A DNA stretch of 64,000 nt from the human T2T-CHM13v2.0 reference genome, Homo sapiens. Position numbers and translations under genes: made by a program. Location: assembly GCF_009914755.1 (NCBI RefSeq), contig NC_060927.1, one strand, 5' to 3'. Under the pieces are notes generated by a model, which was given only the letters and a program-made list of their open reading frames with translations, was not told the origin of the DNA and did not search any database. Each line of letters begins with the position of its first letter. Within the stretch, counting starts at the first letter, position 1. Of the stretch, positions 55,401 to 64,000 are shown piece after piece.

Positions 55401-56085
55401 TTTAGATGCCGAGTAAATGGTCTTATAAAGAACACCCAATCCAGCCGACAATAAATCTTACACCGGGGAAGCCGGCACAGGGCTGTGGAATCCCCTCCAA
55501 GATAATTGCCTTCCACACTGTGTGGCATAGAAGCTGCTACACAGAAAACATTTTCCGGGGCTCTGCGCTCGCTATGGCTTGCTTTTCTTTCCCTAATAGT
55601 CACCAATTACACAGACACTCACACCCTGTCTTTAAGAGTGACCACATAAAAGTCTCAAGGTTTGTCTCCTTTTCTAGAAAAAAAGGTTGTAAGGCCAGTT
55701 CTAGTGGGGAGCGGGTGGGAGAGGGAGGTTGAGAACAGAGGGTGTGTTTAAGAACTCAGGAATGGAATCTGACACAGGCATCCAGGTGAGCAACCCTGGG
55801 TGTCTCCACTTTCCAGTCTTTGACGGTTCATGTAGTTTCCAGACAGCTCCAAGTACTGGGGCTCATCTACAGGCCGCTGAAGCGGTCAGCACATCTTTTC
55901 TAGTCCACAGAGGCCTCAAGCAGGCTGTTTAACTCTGAGATAGTACAGGAGTACTACATATGACTTAGGATTCTATTAATGACTTTGTCAGGAATAATAG
56001 TGTGATTGTGGGCAAGTCACGTCACCTCTCTGCGCCTGCACATTTCAGCTAAACAAAGAGGAAGATGGATGAGATCTCTCTATAA

Positions 56086-56387
56086 TTTCTTTTTTTCTTT
56101 TTTGAGATGGAGTCTCGCTCTTGTCACCCAGCCTGGAGTGCAATGGCGCATCTTGGCTCACTGCAACCTCCGCCCCCTGTGTTCAAGCGATTATCCTGCC
56201 TCAGCCTCCCAAATAGCTGGGATTACAGGCACCTGCCACCACGCCTGGCTAATTTTTGTATTTTTAGTAGAGACGGTGTTTCACCATGTTGCCCAGACTG
56301 GTCTCAAACTCCCGACACCTCAGGTGATCGGCCTGCTTCAGCCTCCCAAGGTGCTGGGATTACAGGCGTGAGCCACTGCGCCCAGCC
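56086..56387 (-). mobile_element. Alu (AluS-like)
   Basis: Full two-arm antisense Alu; degenerate TSD tctataattt / tctgtagttt. Confidence 0.95.
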
Positions 56388-56397
56388 TCTGTAGTTT

Positions 56398-56428
<31 letters not shown>

Positions 56429-56551
56429 GCTATCATTACTGGTATCCTTACACCTATCATGTACCAAGTGCACATTTTACATTAGCAAAGGACTAATCTC
56501 TAGGTATTTCCTGCTTACAATTAGGATCCTATGTAAAACTACCAGAAATAG

Positions 56552-56928
<377 letters not shown>

Positions 56929-58019
56929 TCATGTCTACAGTGAGTCAGGGAACAACAACCAAAAAAATGTTTTTTGGGAAACAACCCAAAACGTTTACTG
57001 GGACATTCTCTAGGTCATAAGCCCTATGAAACATCAACAACTTGTAGTACATACAGTAAGTCACATACATGCTTTAAGACTTGGTGGATTTAGTTGAGGG
57101 GGGTCAGATGAAGACTCCAAAACAACTTGACTTCTAAACATATTTATGTTTTTTTGTGCTTGTGACTTTTTCATCCTCTTCCTTAACCACTTTGGTTCTT
57201 TTATTTCAACCATGCCTGCTTTCACCAAAAAAGATTTCTGAATATCCAACCCAGCCTCCCAAACCACTTGCTTGCTTCTGTTGGTTGCATATTGGAAAGG
57301 AGAAATGAGTTTTAAGCATCAGGTGGCTGCTACTGATAGGGGGTGCCTTTTCCATCTCAGATTGAAGCCACAGCTAAGGTTTAGACTGGATTGCAAGGGA
57401 CATTTGGAAGAAAGAGTAATCTCACAGAGACATCAGACCCCTTTTGTATTAACAGTTTAATAAAGTCTTGAGAAAATGCGTCTAGCCTGCAGGCCAATTA
57501 TTTATTTTTTATTATTTCAAATGGCATTTCATCCTTCATGAGGAAAAGCAGTAGATGAAGCAGGAAGCTTTCAGGTCATACAGAACTTCCCTCTTTTCAA
57601 ACAAATAAGGCATTGTGTGTTTGAACAATAGGAGGAATGTCTAATTGATCTTAATTAAATTCAGCGATGTCCAATTTTTGAGATGGGTCAGAACACATCT
57701 ATGTAATGTCACAACCCAACAGGCCAGAGCTTTGAAATCAGGGCGCGCTGTGGTTAACTGTTCTCTGACACCCTTTTTCATCCGTTCACCCATCCCACTG
57801 GGCTACTAACTTATTCTTCCCTCTAACTTTGTTCTCTGCTTACACCCTTCTCTATACCTCATGTGAATCCTCACCTCTTCCTGCCTTGGGGCTTATATTT
57901 TAACAGCAGCAACAGCAATCCCCCTTATCTCTGAAGTCTGCAAAGCCCTGTCAACATTCTTACGACAACCTATGAAACAAGAATCCTATAACCTCCACTG
58001 CACATAGAGAAGGCTACCT

Positions 58020-58160
58020 GGAGTTTGAAGCAGAAGAGATGTGAGTTTGAATCCAGTATTTGTTACTCATCAGCAATGTAGGTGAGTCACAAAAGTTTAT
58101 ATTATCCGCATTTCCTCATTTGTAAAGTGGGAATGATTATCTGCCTCAGAGTAGATAGAT
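58020..58160 (+). mobile_element. MIR fragment
   Basis: gagtttgaatcc, tttcctcatttgtaaagtgggaatgat core. Confidence 0.65.
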
Positions 58161-58737
58161 GTTTCTGTTATTATTTTCCGAGGGGGTGTCAACTTCTAAA
58201 TTAATGTCTCCTGATTTGAGAGCATTGGTGTGAATATTTGATCCAATGTATCGCAAGCACACAGTGTCTAGCAAACCCTCCAATGTTGTTCACAGCTGGG
58301 GGACTCATCTGAGGTCCTTTGGCTGGTGAATGGAAGAGCTGGGATGTGACTGTGTCCTCCAGGGCTCAGTCTCTTGCATTAGGGACCCTCTTCATTTGCT
58401 GGCTACAGAGCTTGGGCAACTTTGAGACAATGCTAAGATAACAAGGACCAGAGCCACTCATGAACAGAGAGGTGCAGGAAATCCTCTAAAGAAGCCACCA
58501 ATCACAAACTGGGAAGCACGTACTGTGACCCTGGCACAGGATTTGACAAAGAAAGGGAAAATGAGGGAAGGCTTGGTGCCTGGTAACAAGATGGCTGAGA
58601 AATACAGCAGTACTTATGGGAATGTGTGATGCATTTGGCATTTCCTATAGAAGTGCTTAATCCTCCAAACAACCGGATGAAGTAGGTATTATTGTGCCCA
58701 CTTAACAGACAGATAAACTGAGGCTCTAAGAGCTTAC

Positions 58738-59039
58738 ATTATTATTATTATTATTTTGAAATGGAATCTTGCTCTCTCATGCAGGCTGGAGTGCAGTGGT
58801 GCAATCTTGGCTCACTGCAACTTCTGCCTCCGGGTTCAAGCGATTCTTCTGCCTCAGCCTCCCCAGTAGCTGGGACTACAGGTGCCTGCCTCCACGCCCG
58901 GCTAATTTTTGTATTTTTAGTAGAGACAGGGTTTCATCCTATTGGCCAGGCTGGTCTCAAACTCCTAATCTCAGGTGATTCACCCACATAGGCCTTCCAA
59001 AGTACTGGGATTACAGGCGTTGAGTCACTGCACATGGCC
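58738..59039 (-). mobile_element. Alu (AluS-like) with (ATT)n tail, inserted in a MIR
   Basis: Two-arm Alu; TSD-like gcttacattatt / gcttaaattatt; MIR core acagataaactgaggct upstream. Confidence 0.94.
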
Positions 59040-59634
59040 AGCTTAAATTATTTAATCAGTATCTTGAAGCCGGTCAGTGGGGTGTTGAGACTTGAATGAC
59101 TCCAAAACAAGGCTTCTAATCCCATATGCCAATCTGGAGACTAGGCTTGGGGGTAAAACTAAGCCTGGAAGAACAAAGAGGCTGGTTCAGTCTTACTCCC
59201 ATGGAAAATAAATGTGACCAAGTGTCACCGATTAGTCAGCATGAATGGAAGCTAAAATAACACAAAGTTAAAATTCTGATGTCCTCTTTGATTCTTACAG
59301 GAATCCACAGTGACAACCCACAACTGGGCTGGCTGGATGTGGGAGTGGGAACATCGAGGGAGTGAGACCAGGGGCTCATGCATTCTTTTTGAGTTACTTC
59401 TCCTTGATTAAGCAGTTTCTTATACTCCCATCTCCACTGCTGGAAAGAGAGACAGACAGACAGACACCGATGATCTTCTCTCATCTCCTTCCGACACATG
59501 ACTGAGCACCAGGCAGAGGCCAGCAGCCTCAGTGCCTGAGTTCTCCTGGTAATACACAGTGTCTCAGATGTAAACATGAAACATCAGGGTGGTGGAGCTT
59601 ATTTGGTCTCTAATCATAAAAGGCAAGGAGAGAA

Positions 59635-59870
59635 TTCAGCATGGTGACTCTGGAGAGACACTGCCATCGGTTCTGATCCTGGTGGTACTATTCTCTGGCT
59701 GTACATTTAGTAAATTGCTAGTTTCTATAGACTTCAGTTTCCTCATCTATAAAAAAGAACTAATCTTAGTACTTCACCCACACAAGGTTTAAATGAGATA
59801 AAACAGATCAGTGGCTGGCACACAGTAAGCACTTAAAATGCTTCCTAATGTATCATTATTACTATTACTA
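59635..59870 (+). mobile_element. MIR
   Basis: cttcagtttcctcatctataaaa core; tggcacacagtaagcacttaaaatg. Confidence 0.75.
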
Positions 59871-60219
59871 CATACCACTTTTCCTTCAATTTCTTCCTTT
59901 TGCTATAATGAAATTACAGAATCCAAAATTTATTTTAGTTTCTTAGACTTCTTATTTTTTTGTGCTGTAGGTACTGTTGATCCTCACTCCAAAATTTAAC
60001 TCAGCAGCGGCAGATCCTTCAGCCAAACAATGGAAGAAGACATTTGGTTGTTTTTTAACCAGGGTCACTAGACCAAGAATCATCTACAAGAGGCAAAATA
60101 GCAGTCCCACTTAAATCTCTAGGTTGTGGTGTGCTACATACCCCAGCCAGTTCATCACTTGCATGTGGTGAAGGAGTATGGTGATTTGCTAAACACTGAG
60201 CTCTCAAGGACCCACTGGG

Positions 60220-60530
<311 letters not shown>

Positions 60531-62345
60531 CTGCTGGGATATTCTAAGGTGGGGTCTCTGCCCCAAGTGTCAAGAACAATGAACTGTAGGTTGACCAACA
60601 TGAGACCTAATTTATGGAATCTTCGGCCTATATTTTTTCAATGTTTTGTTACTCACGGTGGAGCCTGTCTCCAGAAAGGCTGGCTTTCAATGTAGTCCCA
60701 GCCACCCTGGCTCCAGAGAGGGCTCAGCTTGCACCCAAATAGCATCATTGTTTAACAGGCCTACTTTAAGATTATTTTTCAAGTTCCCAATACCCAACTA
60801 ACTCGAAGGAAGAAATGGAAATCTATTTTCTTTTCTTACCATCATTTGATCATTTGATCATTTGCTGAATTAACAAATACGTACATACGCAGACATCAGA
60901 AAAGAAGGGCTCCTACCTTGGCCTCAGGGGGAAAAGGGAACTTGTAGAATAAGACAAGAGTTATGCTGAAGATGAAAGGATAATGCTCTGCCGTAGGGAG
61001 ATGGGCAGGCAGGACCGGGAAGGGCATCTGAGCTACTGGAATGGCACGTGCCAACATTCATATGGCAGACAACATGAGTCAGAATACCAGAGAATGTGAA
61101 GGATTTGGTGTGGCTGGGGTGATTATAATTCATGCTCCAGCTCCCTTCCTTTGAGATGAATAGTTTTTCTTCTTTTTCTCAATTTCACCTGTATTTCCTA
61201 TCTCAAAAATTTACTTATCTCTTCCTCTTCTCCTTCTTCCTGTTTTGAGCATGGTCTCTGTTCTTCTTTATCCATGTCATGGCCATGATTAACATGATCT
61301 CATCCAGCCTTGACCTCAGCTGGGTCAAACACACATACATAGTTTTCCTCCAAGTTAGCAGAGTTTGGTGTTCTTTACTCCTATCCTGGCACACTCTCAA
61401 CTGTGATTGCTAAGCTTCTAAGCCAGAGATGTTTGAGTCAGTGGATCTCTAATATGTCTCTGGATTTTTTGAAGGGCTAATCTAACATTCACACAGGGAT
61501 TGGAAACACATAAAGTTATGGAGCATGGGCTCATGGGTTAGATATTTCAGTCACCAAGTTTTTAAATAATATCACATCAGACATAGTTATCTTATTATAC
61601 AATTAAGTAGAACAAAGCTTGAAGACAGCTCACATCCAAGCAGGGGCAAACTTCTAAAACACCAAGGACTTGTATGCTAATCCTTCTTAGATGTCTAGAA
61701 GAGGAAATAGAACTCTAACAAAAACGGCATAGTCAAGGCTACCACTGACCTTTCACATGTCACTCCCATTCTGCAGCAAGGTGTCAATCCCTGAACCCTG
61801 AGGTCTCTTTTTAGTGCACTCTCTCCTAAGGCAGCCTCGCTGTACTGAAGTGAAGGTAGCTCTTGTTAATTTTTATTTACTTGTTCCTTATGACCTAAGT
61901 GGGGAGTGGGGGAAAGACAGCTAAAGACCTGTTTATAGTACAGTGAAACCGAATGTCATGAAAAGGAGCCAAGTCTAAACAAAAAGTATTCCTCTGTTAG
62001 GCAAAATTATCCTTTTTAACAGGAACGCACATACACACGAGGAGAAGAGGTCACCAACCTAGCCATCTTCCCAACCATGGCACTAAATTTGGGGTGTTCC
62101 CACTTCCCCGACTTCCTACAGCATTCACTCTCTGTGCTAGTCACTTCATCATTCCATTACATATTGAACTAGCTCATCAAATGCCGTTGTACATAACCCT
62201 GTACATACCACTCGTCAACAAAGATTTCATGAATTTATAAACAAATGAATAAACCAACGAATGAATGTTTTCTATTTTCTCTTCTTTGCCTTACTCCCCT
62301 CTCACTTCCTCCCCTCCTAAGAAGCATTTATGTTTCCTGTGCATA

Positions 62346-62643
<298 letters not shown>

Positions 62644-64000
62644 TCCTCTGTATATTTTCTCTAAACTGTAAGCTCTGAGAGATGAATTGTGTGCTCTTTC
62701 TTCTTTCTCCACCTGTGGTGCGTTTCACATAGTGTTAAGGAAAAAGTAACTAAGTCCTTGCTAAATAATAGCATCTCTATAGGTAAGATGAATATTCAGT
62801 GAGAAGCATCCCTATATTGCCATGTTTAGGGACTAAAATCTTTTGATGACATTTTTATGACTGAGTGACCTCATCACGTGCAAAAAGTGCATTTGTACAC
62901 AGCAATCAATGATTAGACTCTTCGAAAATTAAAAAACAAAACAAAGCTGGGTACAAACCATGATTCAGAGATTACACAAATAATAAATGTCATTTTATGG
63001 CTGTGAGTAAACTTGAATGACTTACCCTAATAAAACTGTACCTACTAAAGGTAGACAGCTACTCCAGGGTTTTAAAAAATCATCTGTTTTTCATTTCTCT
63101 TGCTAAATTTTGTTAAATGAAAAGAATCCTTCTGAATGGACATAAGACTGGAAGGGCACGAAAAGCAGTTTTTCTAAACTGCTACCAATACCAGCACATC
63201 CTGCAACTAGATAACGTTGCCCAAGGAGCTTCCACTTCATTTTGTTTTGCCTCCAAAGGCTCTTCACTGATGCAGCTAAAAAAGAGGAGGACGAGGAAAG
63301 ACCCACAGGAAGACTGCAGCCCAGACTTCATTGGAGCCACTAGTCATAAATAGTGGCAACTTTAACCCTTCTCCTTGGAAGCACAAGAACTAGTGTGACC
63401 TTTGCTTCTCTTTCGTTACCTGGATTCTGGGAACTGCAGACTTAAGAACCAAGTTCATCCCACCAGTGGATGCTATGGAACTCCTGCACTATAACAACTC
63501 CCCCACTTCCTACCACGCCCACTCACGGTTTGGTTTTGCCCCTTCCTGCTAAAGTCCTAAATAGGTTCTGGTTTTGTTTAAAGCATGTAGCCAGTATTTG
63601 GTAAGTGACAGGCAAGGCCACCCACTCTGTCTTGCCCCTGCGCCCCTCCAAATAGAGTGCGCAGAAATGAGCATGGTGGGACAGGTGTCTGCCCCTCTAG
63701 TCCAGAGGAGGACAGCAGCCCAACTCCTCATTATTCTATTAATACAGTCTGAATTCTTTGCCCCTGCCCCCCACCTAGGTCTCAACTGGCTCCTACTGGT
63801 GTTACAATCATTCCTCACTAATTGTCACATGAACTGCTGTTAAGTTAGAGCTCTTCACTCTACACTAGTACCATGGTATGGGCTTTGCATTCATGCCCAT
63901 TAACGATCTTTTTTTCATTTTGATTGAGAACTTCAGCCTGCTGAGACTTTGTTCTAAAAAAATCTTCATTCTTCATCTCAGCATATTAACTCTTCCCCAT

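Overview
This is primate, almost certainly human, genomic DNA from inside the FOXP1 gene, transcribed on the minus strand. Five coding exons are recognisable by translation and GT/AG boundaries. In conventional numbering for the 677-aa isoform (from memory) they are exon 8 (38134-38271), 9 (37035-37124), 10 (31440-31593), 11 (25826-26030) and 12 (44-148). They encode the Gln-rich region through the first half of the C2H2 zinc finger. An internal CpG-island promoter at ~49.25-50.2 kb, with a candidate alternative first exon ending at a donor at 49325, fits the known internal promoters that make N-terminally truncated FOXP1 starting at the MMTPQ methionines. The rest is intron, containing nine Alus, L1/L2/MIR and hAT-Charlie (MER) fossils, microsatellites and a ~28 kb Alu-free block with enhancer-like sequence. 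Nearly all other ORFs in the supplied track are chance or Alu-derived. The main hypothesis concerns reading frame. The candidate first exon has a single ATG 14 nt before its donor. Spliced to exon 8 it makes an 11-codon uORF whose TGA sits inside the ATGATG start of short FOXP1. The same TGA ends the ORFs of the exon 8-11 and 8-12 circular RNAs. The same ATG becomes in-frame when exons 8-11 are skipped. Other leads are a UG-repeat cryptic exon candidate, a 95%-identical inverted repeat, a templated 78-bp duplication, tandem acceptors that tune Gln number, and HOX/PBX/MEIS motif clusters. No prokaryotic-type system, tRNA, rRNA or CRISPR array is seen.
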